A stretch of 64,000 nt of DNA from assembly GCA_002841695.1 (NCBI GenBank), contig PHAN01000002.1, positions 90,807-154,806 of the forward strand. Direction: 5' to 3'. The DNA is from Elusimicrobia bacterium HGW-Elusimicrobia-1 (GTDB taxonomy: Bacteria > Elusimicrobiota > Endomicrobiia > PHAN01). This document shows, piece by piece, positions 35,289 to 46,500 of this stretch. Every line of letters starts with the position of its first letter. Positions within the stretch are counted from its first letter, which is position 1. The notes beneath the pieces were generated by a model that was not told the origin of the DNA, ran no database searches, and saw only the letters and a program-made list of their open reading frames with translations. The translations under genes were made by a program, and so were the position numbers.

Positions 35289-36392
35289 ATGGCTCAAGTC
35301 ATCATCAAAAATGTCTGGAAAAAATACGGGGACGCCGAAATCGTAAAAAATTTCAATCTTACGATAGCGGACAAGGAATTCTGCATTCTCGTGGGCCCGT
35401 CGGGCTGCGGCAAAACGACCACGCTTCGCATGATAGCCGGACTCGAAGATATTTCATCCGGAGAGATCCTCATCGGGGACGTTGTCGTCAACGGTGTGCC
35501 TCCGAAGGACAGAGACATCGCCATGGTCTTCCAGAACTACGCGCTCTATCCGCATATGAATGTGCGCGACAACATGGCCTTCGGACTGAAGCTGCGGGGT
35601 TATTCAAAAAAACTCATCGACGAGCGTGTCAACGAAGCCGCCGACATTCTCAACATAAAACATCTCCTGGCCAGAAAACCCAAGGATCTCTCGGGCGGTC
35701 AGCGTCAGCGCGTTGCAGTGGGACGGGCCATCGTCAGAAAACCTAAGGTCTTTCTTTTCGACGAACCGCTCTCCAACCTTGACGCCAAACTCCGCGCCCA
35801 GATGCGCGCGGAACTCAAAAAACTCCACCAGCGACTTCAGGCGACGATGATATACGTCACGCACGACCAGATCGAGGCCATGACGATGGGCGATAAAATC
35901 TGCGTGATGAAAGACGGCGTGATACTGCAGGTCGACGAGCCGATTAAACTTTATTCGGATCCGGTCGACAAGTTCGTGGCCGGCTTTATCGGCTCCCCGC
36001 CGATGAACTTTTTCGATTGCAAGGTGGCCGCGAAGGATGACGCGGTGTGGATATCCGAGGGTAGTTTCGATATTAAACTCTCCGCTAAATTCACCGCCGC
36101 GCTTAAAAATCTCGACGGTAAAATGGTTACGGCCGGCATCCGCCCCGAAGATATTCACGACAAACTCTTCTATCGCATAGGCCCCATGGACGGCAATATC
36201 TTCACCGCTACGGTGGACGTCATAGAGCCGCTCGGCGCCGAGATTTATCTGCATATGAACACCGGGAAAAACTCTTTCGTCGCAAAGGTTGATTCGCACA
36301 ACACCGCTAAGCCCAACCAGATTCTCGAACTCGTCGTCAATGTCGATAAAATAAAGATTTTCGACAAGGAAACCGAAACGGCGCTGGCTTGA
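35289..36392 (+). CDS. Sugar ABC transporter ATP-binding protein (MalK/MsmX/UgpC type with C-terminal regulatory domain)
   Basis: Walker A GPSGCGKTT, ABC signature LSGGQRQRVAVGRA, Walker B VFLFDEPLSNLD, H-loop YVTHDQ. Confidence 0.9.
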   Translation: MAQVIIKNVWKKYGDAEIVKNFNLTIADKEFCILVGPSGCGKTTTLRMIAGLEDISSGEILIGDVVVNGVPPKDRDIAMVFQNYALYPHMNVRDNMAFGLKLRGYSKKLIDERVNEAADILNIKHLLARKPKDLSGGQRQRVAVGRAIVRKPKVFLFDEPLSNLDAKLRAQMRAELKKLHQRLQATMIYVTHDQIEAMTMGDKICVMKDGVILQVDEPIKLYSDPVDKFVAGFIGSPPMNFFDCKVAAKDDAVWISEGSFDIKLSAKFTAALKNLDGKMVTAGIRPEDIHDKLFYRIGPMDGNIFTATVDVIEPLGAEIYLHMNTGKNSFVAKVDSHNTAKPNQILELVVNVDKIKIFDKETETALA

Positions 36393-36465
36393 AAGCGGAG
36401 GTAAATGATAAATGGTGAATGGTGAAAAGGATAATGTCTCACTAAATAATGTGCGCTCCGTAAAG

Positions 36466-36545
36466 GTAGTGTAGCCCTTTATGGGCGTTTCTTTATGGGC
36501 GTTTCTTTATGGGCGTTTATTGACGGGGACAAGCCCCTACACTAC
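36466..36545. repeat. REP-family palindrome plus 3 tandem copies of ctttatgggcgttt
   Basis: gtagtgtagccctttatgggcgtttctttatgggcgtttctttatgggcgtttattgacggggacaagcccctacactac. Confidence 0.7.
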
Positions 36546-36572
36546 ACCAAAATAGGAAGTAAGAGGCAAAAT

Positions 36573-38960
36573 ATGAACCCAAAAACAAAAACATTTTTGG
36601 CGGCTGCTTTTTTTTGTGTATCGACGATATCCGGTTTATTCCCGCCGCCCGCGCACGCGCGAGGGCTTGAAACGCCCGTCATCGACGTCGAGGCGGGTTC
36701 CGTCGTCGAGATGCCGCTTGATTTGTTCGTCGGCGCGCCCGTCGCGTCGGGGCCGGCGGTTACCAATATATCCGGCGCGAAGTCCGTCCGCGTTTCCGTC
36801 GCGCCAAAAAGATCCGCCCTCGTCATTTCGGCGCCGGCGGGTTTTTCGGGCTTCGACGCTTTCGTCGTCTCGGCTTCCTCCGACGGCAAAACGACTTTTT
36901 CGCGCGCCGTGGCGGTGAGGGTGACAGCGCCGCGCCGGACTGTTTTGCGCTATAAACCGGCAAAATCCGTCAAATCCGTCGCCGCGGCGGGGGACTTTAA
37001 TTCGTGGAATCCTTCCGCCTCGCCCATGACGGGGCCCGACAAGAAAGGTTTCTACTCCATTGAGCTTAAACTCGCCGCCGGAGAGTACAATTATAAGTTC
37101 GTCGTCGACGGACAATGGCTCGCCGACACGGCCAACCCCGCATCCGTCCCCGACGGCTTCGGCGGAACGAACTCCGTTGTTTTCGTAGGCGCGCCGCCTA
37201 AGTCCGGCCGATGGCACAGCGTTGTCGTCGACGATACAACCGCGCGCGTCGCGTATATCGCCGGCAAAGCCGCGCCGTCTTTCGACGCCGCATCGCTGTT
37301 GCTCGTCTCCGGCGATAAAATCCTCGCCCGCGGAGGCGACTATTCCGTTGATGAAACGCGCGGCGAAATAGCGATTAAACTCGCATCCCTCGGTTCGCCG
37401 CCCGCCGACGTCATGATATTGGCCCGCGATAAATCGGGTGCGATACTGAGCGGCTTCGTCGCCCGCTTTCCGTCGGACGACGGATGGAACGGGCGGCTGA
37501 TGTACTTCGCCTTCACCGACAGATTTCACAGCGGCTCGGCCGCCAATGACCGGCCATCCGGCGACCCTGACGTTGCGCCGGCGGCGGATTTTCGCGGTGG
37601 CGATTTTGCCGGCATCACAGAAAAACTCCGCGACGGCTATTTTGAGCGGCTCGGCGTGGGAGCGCTGTGGATATCGCCTCACTTTAAGAATCCCGACCGG
37701 CCATATATCGACGCTCTTCCTCCGCATAGAAAGTTTACCGGCTATCACGGCTACTGGCCGGTTTCTTTCGACGAGACCGACCCGAGATTCGGGACTATTG
37801 AAGAACTCCGCGAACTCGTGGCCGCGGCCCATAAGCGCGGCATCAAAGTCATTCTCGATATGGTGTTAAACCACGCCCACGAGGAAAATCCCGTCTACAA
37901 GAAAAATCCCGGATGGTTTTCAAAAATTACTCTGGCCGACGGCCGCAAAAATATCCGTCTTTTCGACGAGCGTCCGCTCGACACGTGGTTCGACGACTTC
38001 CTGCCCGACTTTGCCTACGAAGGTAATCCCGCCGCCGTCGAATATATGGTCTCAAACTGCCTCGATTGGATCAAGAAAACAAACTGCGACGGCTTCCGCC
38101 TCGACGCCGTCAAGCACGTGCCTATGGTATTCTGGACGGAACTCCGCCGCCGCATCCGCCGCGACATCGAAATCCCGCGCGGAGAAATGTTTTACCTCGT
38201 AGGAGAAACCATCTCCGGACGCGAAAAAATAATGGAATACGTCGGCTTTGATAAACTCGACGGACAGTTTGATTTTCCGATATACTGGGCGATAAAAGAC
38301 GTCTTCGCCTGGCAAACTAAAGGTCTCGACTATCTCGAACGCGAGAGCGGGAAATCAGCTTTGCAGTACGTCGGATCCATTCCGAGCCCGCTTTTGGGCA
38401 ATCACGACTTTGCCCGTTTCAGCGCTTTCGCCGACGGCGCGATACCTCCCGGTTCCAACGAAAAAGCGCGCTCGTGGGACAATCGCCCCGAAGTCAAAAA
38501 CCGCTCTACCTATCAAAAACTCCGTATGGCTTTCGCTTTTCTTCTCTCTGAGCCGGGCGTTCCCATGATTTATTACGGCGACGAAATAGGCCTCTCGGGC
38601 GCGGGCGACCCCGACAACCGCCGAATGATGAAGTTCGACAAACTCTCAGGCGACGAGCGCGAAACCCTCCAATATGTCGGCGCGCTGGCCGCGTTCCGCC
38701 GTGCCTCCAAGGCGCTCCGTTTTGGCGAGCGCCACACGCTTGTGTCGTCGGAAAACACCCTCGTTTACCTCAAAAATTATTTCGGCGAAACTGCCGTCGT
38801 TGCAATCAACCGTTCGCCCCGCCCCGCCGAAGTCAGCGTTGAACTTCCGCCGTTTTTCAAAAACCCCGCGTCCTTTGAAGACGTAGTAAGCGGCAAAAAA
38901 ATCCAACTCAAAAAGTTGCGCATCCCCCCGATGAGCGCCGTCGTCCTTCGCGGCATCTGA
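36573..38960 (+). CDS. Secreted GH13 alpha-amylase-family enzyme with CBM48-like domain
   Basis: Start at ATG 36573 (after SD aggaagtaagagg) preferred over track start 36495; signal peptide MNPKTKTFLAAAFFCVSTISG; CBM48 AAAGDFNSWNP...GEYNYKFVVDGQW; GH13 regions VILDMVLNHAHE, GFRLDAVKHVP, FYLVGETISG, LGNHDFARF. Confidence 0.85.
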   Translation: MNPKTKTFLAAAFFCVSTISGLFPPPAHARGLETPVIDVEAGSVVEMPLDLFVGAPVASGPAVTNISGAKSVRVSVAPKRSALVISAPAGFSGFDAFVVSASSDGKTTFSRAVAVRVTAPRRTVLRYKPAKSVKSVAAAGDFNSWNPSASPMTGPDKKGFYSIELKLAAGEYNYKFVVDGQWLADTANPASVPDGFGGTNSVVFVGAPPKSGRWHSVVVDDTTARVAYIAGKAAPSFDAASLLLVSGDKILARGGDYSVDETRGEIAIKLASLGSPPADVMILARDKSGAILSGFVARFPSDDGWNGRLMYFAFTDRFHSGSAANDRPSGDPDVAPAADFRGGDFAGITEKLRDGYFERLGVGALWISPHFKNPDRPYIDALPPHRKFTGYHGYWPVSFDETDPRFGTIEELRELVAAAHKRGIKVILDMVLNHAHEENPVYKKNPGWFSKITLADGRKNIRLFDERPLDTWFDDFLPDFAYEGNPAAVEYMVSNCLDWIKKTNCDGFRLDAVKHVPMVFWTELRRRIRRDIEIPRGEMFYLVGETISGREKIMEYVGFDKLDGQFDFPIYWAIKDVFAWQTKGLDYLERESGKSALQYVGSIPSPLLGNHDFARFSAFADGAIPPGSNEKARSWDNRPEVKNRSTYQKLRMAFAFLLSEPGVPMIYYGDEIGLSGAGDPDNRRMMKFDKLSGDERETLQYVGALAAFRRASKALRFGERHTLVSSENTLVYLKNYFGETAVVAINRSPRPAEVSVELPPFFKNPASFEDVVSGKKIQLKKLRIPPMSAVVLRGI

Positions 38961-38984
38961 AACCTCGCGCATCCAATCTCACCC

Positions 38985-39092
38985 ATTGTTATTGCGAGCC
39001 CCGAAGGGGCGTGGCAATCTCCCTATACGCGAGATTGTTTTGTCAGTAGGGACAGGTCGCGACCTGTCCCTACAAAATCCTCGCAATGACAA
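38985..39092. terminator. Nested palindromic structure downstream of GH13 gene, including a perfect 28-bp palindrome
   Basis: cattgttattgcgag ... gtagggacaggtcgcgacctgtccctac ... ctcgcaatgacaacaatg. Confidence 0.45.
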
Positions 39093-39230
39093 CAATGCTC
39101 TCGCCCGCCGTTTTTCGTCGCCCCCTATCCCACAAAAACCTTGACTTTTCGCCGCGAATCTGCTATAAATACCGTATTAAACGCGAAGTGTGATGTTCGA
39201 TTGATGTTTTGCTGCGATATGTGTAGCGGC

Positions 39231-39288
39231 GGGATTGCTATCCCGCAATTATGGCGCATAGCAATGCGCCCGCTACATAATCATACAT
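39231..39288. repeat. Palindromic intergenic element P6
   Basis: tgtagcggcgggattgctatcccgcaa...ggcgcatagcaatgcgcccgctaca. Confidence 0.7.
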
Positions 39289-39321
39289 GAAAGCAATCTC
39301 ATATAAAGCGAGGATATGTAA

Positions 39322-39924
39322 ATGTCAAGAAAACTCCTTAAAATTTCCGAAGCCGCCAAACTTGTAGGCGTCCTTCCATCCACAATCCGTTACTACACCG
39401 ATATCGGACTTTTGAAGTCAAGCGACGAAACCAAAGGGGGGCACCGCCTCTACGACCCCGACGACGTCGCCGCGATCGTAAACAAGATAAAGTTTCTCTC
39501 GGCCCGCGGACTCACTATGGATGCCATAAAAAAAGAACTCGCCGCCGGCAGAAAATCCAAAAAAATACTGGTGATAGACGACGAACCGGAGGTGGGAAAT
39601 CTCGTCAGGGATGTCGCCGCCGAGAAGTTCCCCGACGCCGAAGTCAAAATCGTCTACGACGGGTTCACCGCCGGCCGCGCGCTGTCGGATTATCTGCCGG
39701 ATTTAATAGTGCTCGACTTGATGCTTCCGGGGATAAACGGTTTTGAGGTCTGCAAGCAGATTCGCGCAAGCAAGTTTATGAACGGCGTAAAGATTCTGGC
39801 CGTAACGGGTTATGATACGACGGAAAACAAAGAACGCATAATGAAATCGGGCGCCGACGATTATCTGGCCAAACCTCTTGAGGTGGCGGCTCTGGCGGCC
39901 AAGATTAAGAAGATGATATTGTGA
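39322..39924 (+). CDS. Response regulator with N-terminal MerR-type HTH domain fused to a CheY-like receiver domain
   Basis: LLKISEAAKLVGVLPSTIRYYTDIGLL (MerR HTH); receiver KILVIDDEPEV...DLIVLDLMLPGINGFEV...KILAVTGYD...GADDYLAKP. Confidence 0.8.
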   Translation: MSRKLLKISEAAKLVGVLPSTIRYYTDIGLLKSSDETKGGHRLYDPDDVAAIVNKIKFLSARGLTMDAIKKELAAGRKSKKILVIDDEPEVGNLVRDVAAEKFPDAEVKIVYDGFTAGRALSDYLPDLIVLDLMLPGINGFEVCKQIRASKFMNGVKILAVTGYDTTENKERIMKSGADDYLAKPLEVAALAAKIKKMIL

Positions 39925-39947
39925 TTTTTTTAAGACGTATCCGTAAG

Positions 39948-40027
39948 AAATACCTCCCCCTTTGGAAAAGGAGGATTGAGGGGGAAATCGGCCTCCCCCT
40001 TTTTAAAGGGGGAAAGAGGGGGATTTT
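39948..40027. repeat. P1 palindromic element
   Basis: aaatacctcccccttttggaaaaggaggattgagggggaaatcggcctccccctttttaaagggggaaagagggggatttt. Confidence 0.7.
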
Positions 40028-40033
40028 AATTTT

Positions 40034-40383
40034 ATGATTTTGCCATACAGTCCCAAGTTAAAATCATATTCAAGAGAATTAAGAAAGAATATGACGGATG
40101 CCGAGAAAAAAATATGGGGAAAACTCCGACGGAAGCAATTAAAGAAATGTCAATTTTACAGACAAAGAGTGATAGGTGAATATATAGTGGATTTTTTTGT
40201 TCCTCCGCCAAATTGGTCATCGAAATCGATGGCGGCCAACACTATACGAAAGATGGTATGGGCAGAGATAAGATCCGTGATGATTACATTAAAAATCTCG
40301 GTGTCAAGATATTAAGATTTACGGACAGAGAAGTTTTACAAAATATTGATTTAGTGGTTGGGCAAATATATGAAAATTTGTAA
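40034..40383 (+). pseudogene. DUF559-family endonuclease-like gene disrupted by a frameshift in a T7 homopolymer (or a homopolymer sequencing error)
   Basis: N-terminal LRKNMTDAEKKIWGKLRRKQL...FYRQRVIGEYIVDFF in frame 1; shifting +1 after the T run gives CSSAKLVIEIDGGQHY...GVKILRFTDREVLQNIDLVVGQIYENL ending at 40383; AT-rich. Confidence 0.7.
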
Positions 40384-40462
40384 AAATCCCCCTGTGTCCC
40401 CCTTTAAAAAAGGGGGATTAAGACATTTCGTCGAGCTCCCCTTTTAAAAAGGGGGAATAGAA
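40383..40462. repeat. P1 palindromic element
   Basis: aaaaatccccctgtgtccccctttaaaaaagggggattaag...gctccccttttaaaaagggggaat. Confidence 0.7.
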
Positions 40463-40564
40463 AGCCGCACCCCAAAGATTCTTGTGATTAACGACGAGAC
40501 GGAAGCACGGAAGATTAAGAAGATATTATTCTGATAGGAACGAACAGTCGGTAACTTTGGGTTA

Positions 40565-43500
40565 ATGATGGTTAAACGGATTTTTGCCGCTATCGGAGTT
40601 TGGTTTTTTTTGACGCTTTGCGTTCTGCGCCCCGCCTTTGCCACAACCAATAATACGATAACCATAGACGCCGCCCTCGCCGACTGGCAAAGCAATGAGG
40701 CGCTCGGCACTTCTTTCGGGCAATTTTATTTCACATGGGATGCGAGCAATTTTTATTTTGCTTATAATCGCGGCGGAACTTTTACCGCTGACCCGGATGT
40801 TGTCTGGATTTATATCAGCACAGTAGCGCCAACATCTACCGCCGGAACTTTTACTTCGGTTGATTGGACTGGCACCCATACACTTCCCTTCCGTGCAGGA
40901 TACGTCTATTTATTCAGGCCCAATGCCGAGTATAAAACCTACAGAAATTGGACCGGCTCGGCTTGGTCGGGAGATTGGGCGGGGAGCGCAACTACAAGCC
41001 AGAATTATGGCAGTGGTATAGTAGAGATAAAAATACCCAGAGCAGATATCGGCAACCCTTCTTCAATCAGGGTTACCATGTATATCACTAACGGGTCAAA
41101 TAACTATGTTTTTGGAACTACCCCGAGGGAAAATCCCAATGGCGCGACGGGAAGGTTGATGGGTTTGTCTTGGTATTATCCTAATTGCTCATCCACGGGA
41201 GTGTTCCCGAATTTAATTAGGTACAGATATCCGGGGGTTGTTATTGCTGATGTGTCGCCAAATGCAGGCGCGGCCGGGAATGATTATGTCACACTGTATA
41301 ATCCAAATGACGAGGCATTATATTTAAGTAACCTGCAATCGCATCATGGTTTGCCGACCGGATTAGTGTTGCGCTTTAGAACATATAACGGAGCAACGGG
41401 AACAAATAAAACACTGACTGTGGTTTCTACAAATACGATCTCCTCGCGAGGATTTTCGTTACTCGCATCCGGGACACCGCCGAAAACCGCCGATATAACT
41501 TTTGCTGCTGGGCTGGATACCTCAGATGACGGGGTGGTGATAGCGTATTCCAATACGACAACATTTGGCACCGACACATGGACATTGACCGATCTTTTTG
41601 GATGGGGGGGGCAAACAGTCGCCCTTGAAGGTAGCGCTCCCGCCAATCCTGGCACCGCCGATAGTTTTCAAAGAAAAGCATGGTCAACAACCGCAAGTTC
41701 CGCATCCATGCGTCTTGATGGCGAGGACACATACGCGGGGCATTTCATGGATACACACAACAACTCAAGCGATTTTGTGACCCTGATAAGTTCGTACATT
41801 TCAAATAATAGTTCGGATCCCCGCGAAGGATTCCTCGGCCAGTGCTGGCACATACCGGACAACACCTCCGATTTGGGCGGCATATCAATGCGCAACCCCC
41901 TGACGTATATTTATTTAAACACGCCCACAACTTTTTATGTAGGCAATTATTTTCAAGGAACCGGAAACCCGGGCGATATGTCGGGCGGGACGCTTTATTA
42001 TAAGGCAAAAACGGAACCATCATGGAGTTCCGTTTCTTTTGCCTATGATTCAACATCCGGCAACAATAAATACTGGCGTGCTCTCCTGAATAATTCTTAT
42101 ACAGCGGGGACAACCGTTCAATATTATATCAGCGTAGCATACGCGGACAGCCACGACACCACTCTTCTGTATTACAGCGGCGGACAAAGCAGAAGATGTT
42201 ACGAAACATACATTGCCACGAATACGCCTTCCGAGTTTATTGTTCAGGCGGACGCCGCGCCGGATCCCATAACGCCTACGCTGTCGCGGGCAGATGAGAT
42301 GGGAGCGAAAATTTACGTTACATGGGCAGCCCAGGGCGGGATGGACGGCTACAAAATCTATCGCTCATCCGTATCCGCGATAACGAACGGCAATAGGGGC
42401 GACGCAAGCCACCCCCTCGACGGAACGGCTACGCCGAGCGCCGCGGAATCGTACACTACGTCCGCCCTATTGCCCAATACCACTTACTGGTTCGCCGTAT
42501 GCGCCTATAAAGACGCCGTCGAGGGCGACGTCGGTTCGGCGGTTGCCATACGCACCGCCAGAATCTCGATAGACGGTTCCGCCTCCGACTGGGCGACCTC
42601 CGTGGAGTCGCCGTGGGTCAATGAATCAACGACCACGCTTGCATCCGGCTCCGGCACAGTTCCTTATTACGAATGGTCGTGGCGCGACAAGGCGTGGGAG
42701 CAAAGAACCGATTCCGCTCAGGACGACCGCAATTTCGACCTCAGGAATTTCCGCGTAGCCGCCGACGAGGAATACATTTATTTTTATACGAAATACGACA
42801 ACATCACCGATAAGGATTTTTATCATTTTGCGGTCGCCATAGACACGGGCGGCGCGACGGGATTAAATTGGCTCGGCGACGATTCCAACTCCGACACGAA
42901 CGGCGGCACCGCTATGGGCCTCGGCGGCGAATACGTCGGGGCGCTCAAAGCGGCGGCCATACTGGCTTTCCGCTACATTTCCACAGCCGGCACGGATTTC
43001 AGGATACATATGTACAAAAACGGCGGTTCCGGATGGGACACGCCCGCGCTCACCGGAGCCGGAAACACTGCCTGCTGGCTTACCACCGGCGACGGCGGAT
43101 GGATGGAAGCCAAAGTCCGCCGCTCCGACATAGGCGCCGCCGGAATCAAAACCCTGAAATTCTCCGCCGCGGTTTTCGAGAATCTGTTGGGACTCATAGG
43201 CGACGTGGACTCGACCAAATACTACGCCCCCGACGCACTCGACGCGATGTCCATAGCGCGTATTTCCGCCGCTTCGACCTACAACGATTCGCAGTGGGGT
43301 ATGAACTCCTGGGACGAGGACATATCCGATTCCGACGCGGATTTCTGGGCGCAGGCGCAGATAGACGCCTCGGGCCTCAAAATTAACCAACCTCCATCCG
43401 CGCCGTCTCTTTCGCTTCCCGCCGATGGCGCGGGTGTCGATATATCCACGCCGGCTTTTTCGTGGAGCGACAACGGCGACCCCGATTCTGGCGACGCAGT

Positions 43501-46500
43501 GACTTCGTATATGATAGAGATTTCCACCTCGGCGAATTTTCCGACGCTGGTGCAATGTCGGGTCAACGTCGCGGGGACTTCGTGGACGGTGCCGCAGGGG
43601 GTTTTGGATCAGGGGCAGTACTACTGGCGCGTCAAAGCGCGCGACCGTGGCGGGGCGGCTTCCGTGTCGTCGGCGTCGCGCTCTTTCATCGTGGACACCT
43701 CTCCGCCGGACAAAATCACGAATCTCTCCGCGCTGCCGGGCGATTCCTCCAGTCGGATAAACCTTTCATGGACCGCGCCAGGCGACGACGGCTCCGTCGG
43801 CAATATCACCGGCGGCAAATACCGCGTCAAATGGTCTACATCCGCGGTTTCCGACTGGGACTCGGGGACTTGGACGGACTACGTCAACAAATATTCTCTT
43901 GAGTTCTCCACCGACGCGACTCCGTCGCACACCCACGGGCTGACAATTACCGGCCTGACGGCGGGCGCGTCGTGCCTGCCGTCAGGCGCGACGTATTATT
44001 TCAGAATGTGGACGCGTGACGAAAACGCCAACAACTGGTCGGATATTTCCGTCGGCGCGACGCAGTACTCTCCCGGGTCCCCCGTCGGGCACGCCCACGG
44101 CGACAGAGAAACATTCACGGCGCTGACTTCCGGAGGCGCATACGGCTCGGGAACAAATATCGTCTATGCCAAGACGACCGCCTGCGGCAGATTGTTTTTG
44201 ATACGCGGCGCGTCAAATTTATTTTATGAATACGACATACCCAACGACTTATGGAATTCCAAGGCGACACTTCCTGCCGCGGCCGGCACCGGTTCGGCTA
44301 TGGTCTGGGTCTCCACGGGCACGGAGGCCGGACAGTCGTGGCTTTACGCCATTCGCGGCGGCGCTCAAGACCATTTTTACCGTTATAACATAGCGGAGGA
44401 TTATTGGCAGACGATGGCCAATTTGCCCGATGCCGTCGCGGGCGGCGCGGCGATGGTGTGGACCGGCGGCGCCGATATATTCGTGTCCAGTCCCGCAGCC
44501 GGCGGGCCGTTCTGGCGATACAACATACCCAACAACAGGTGGAACAACGTTGCCGACGGAGGCGACCCCGCCGATTACGGCGTGGCCTTCGGATTGGGCG
44601 GCGGGCTTACATGGGACGGAACATACGTTTACGGCCTGCGCGGCGGCACTCTGAAGACGTTCAAAAGATATTCTCCGTCGGGAGACGCCTGGACCGACCT
44701 GACCGGCGCTCCGGAGAACGTCGGCGCGGGCGGCTCGCTGCTTTACACCGGCGGCAACTCTATTTACGCCATAAGAGGCGGAGGTAACACCGACCTTTGG
44801 CATTACGACATCGAGACGAGTTCTTGGGTAGTCCTTCCCAATCTTCCCTCCCCGGTAGGCACTAATACCGGCAATCGTCTGGCGTATCATTCCGACAACG
44901 GCGCTCTGGACCATCTTTATATCTGGCGCGGTGCGACGGCCAATGACTTGTGGTGTTTTCGGCGGGACATAACCGCCCCGTCGGCGATAGGCGATCTTAC
45001 GGCTTCCGTGGTGGACGGCTCCTGTGTCGCAATTCGTCTTGAATGGACGGCACCCTACGGCGACGGCACCGAAAACGGCCTCACGGAGACGTCGCAGTTC
45101 TGGATACAGTATTCGGATATGGACGTCGGCTGGAGCCGCGCAAACGCCCAGGTAAAAGTAACGGCCGGCCCAGTCGCCGCCGGCGCGCCCTGCGTTTACG
45201 ATATTAGCGTGCCGCATTGGGGGGTAAGTTACTATTTCAAAATATGGACGGGCGACAAGGTCAAAAACTGGTCTTCGTCATCAAACTCCGGCGGTCCCAT
45301 ATCGGTCACAACTACAAAAACGCTCTCCGGAAAAATCACTAACTCCGAAACAGGACAGCCCATTCAGGGAGTGGGCGTGGGACTGTCCGGTTTCAGGAAC
45401 GGCCGTACGTTTACCGACGCGGGGGGAAATTACTCGTTCACCGTGCCGGTCTGCCGACAGTACATCGTGATGCCGTCGAGCGCGGCTCTGCATTTTACCA
45501 CGGCCACGGCAAGCGGCATAGACTCTTCCTATCCCGACCGCTACGAGTTTTCCTCGTTCCCCAACGACCGCAGCGACCTCGACTTCGTGGGGCATCCGAC
45601 TTACGGCAACCTTTATTATTCCACGGACACCCTTACGACCACCGACATCGTCGGAACCACAAAGAAAATGTCGATAAGATTCACCGCGAACGACACCCGC
45701 CCGTACAACCGCGTCTACACCTATAATTCGACCGCCGCCGGCAATGATTCTTACGTGTTCGAGTTGCGCGGCGACGATGGCGATGGCTATCCCGGCATTC
45801 TTTTGTCTTCATCCACCGCGAATATATACAAAAACGACGGCTGGCATTACGCCACCGGCGCGTGGTCTCTCACAAAAGGAACCACATATCATATGGTGAT
45901 ATACTCCACTTACACCGCGGCAACCAACTATAGAATAAGAAAATCCGCGCCGCTTTCGTTCAACCGCCCCACAGACGCCGAGCCCGACTTCGCGGCAAAT
46001 GTTCTGGATTACGGCTTTGACGACAACCCTGATTTCTGGATGGTCAGGAACTTCACGCCCATCTACTACTTCCACTACGCCGCTCCGCCTTATTACCAGG
46101 AAGGCAATCCCTTCGGCGTAATCTCGTCGGGCGCGTACTATCAGGTGAAGGGTTCGACATGCATAGGCCAGATATTCACCATGGAAAAGTCGTCGGTATC
46201 GGCCAAGGCATTCCACTTCTGGGTAAAACGTTCCGCGGTACAGCCGGAAGACGGCCTTTACTGGTTTCTTCTGGGCCCGAATGACTCGTCCAATGTTTTG
46301 TCATCGGGACTTCTGGCCTCTCCTGAGGCCGTCGCCACCGAATTCAACTGGCACATTTCGGAGCAGATGGTGGAATGCCCGGCGCCGCTTTTGAAAGGAA
46401 GCACATACTGGATAATTCTTAAATCCACCGGCTCAACGTCGGGCTACTACGAGTTCGCCACCCTCAATCATGGAGCCACCGAAACTTACAGGGACGCCAT

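Noticed and set aside
36495-36572. Upstream extensions of ORF-track starts (36495, 47921, 48928, 49507, 50885, 52179, 56269, 60354)
   Set aside because: Extensions run through repeat elements and lack signal-peptide logic; internal ATGs with GGAGG-type SD and clean signal peptides are better starts. 52179 remains a possible alternative because it also has an SD.
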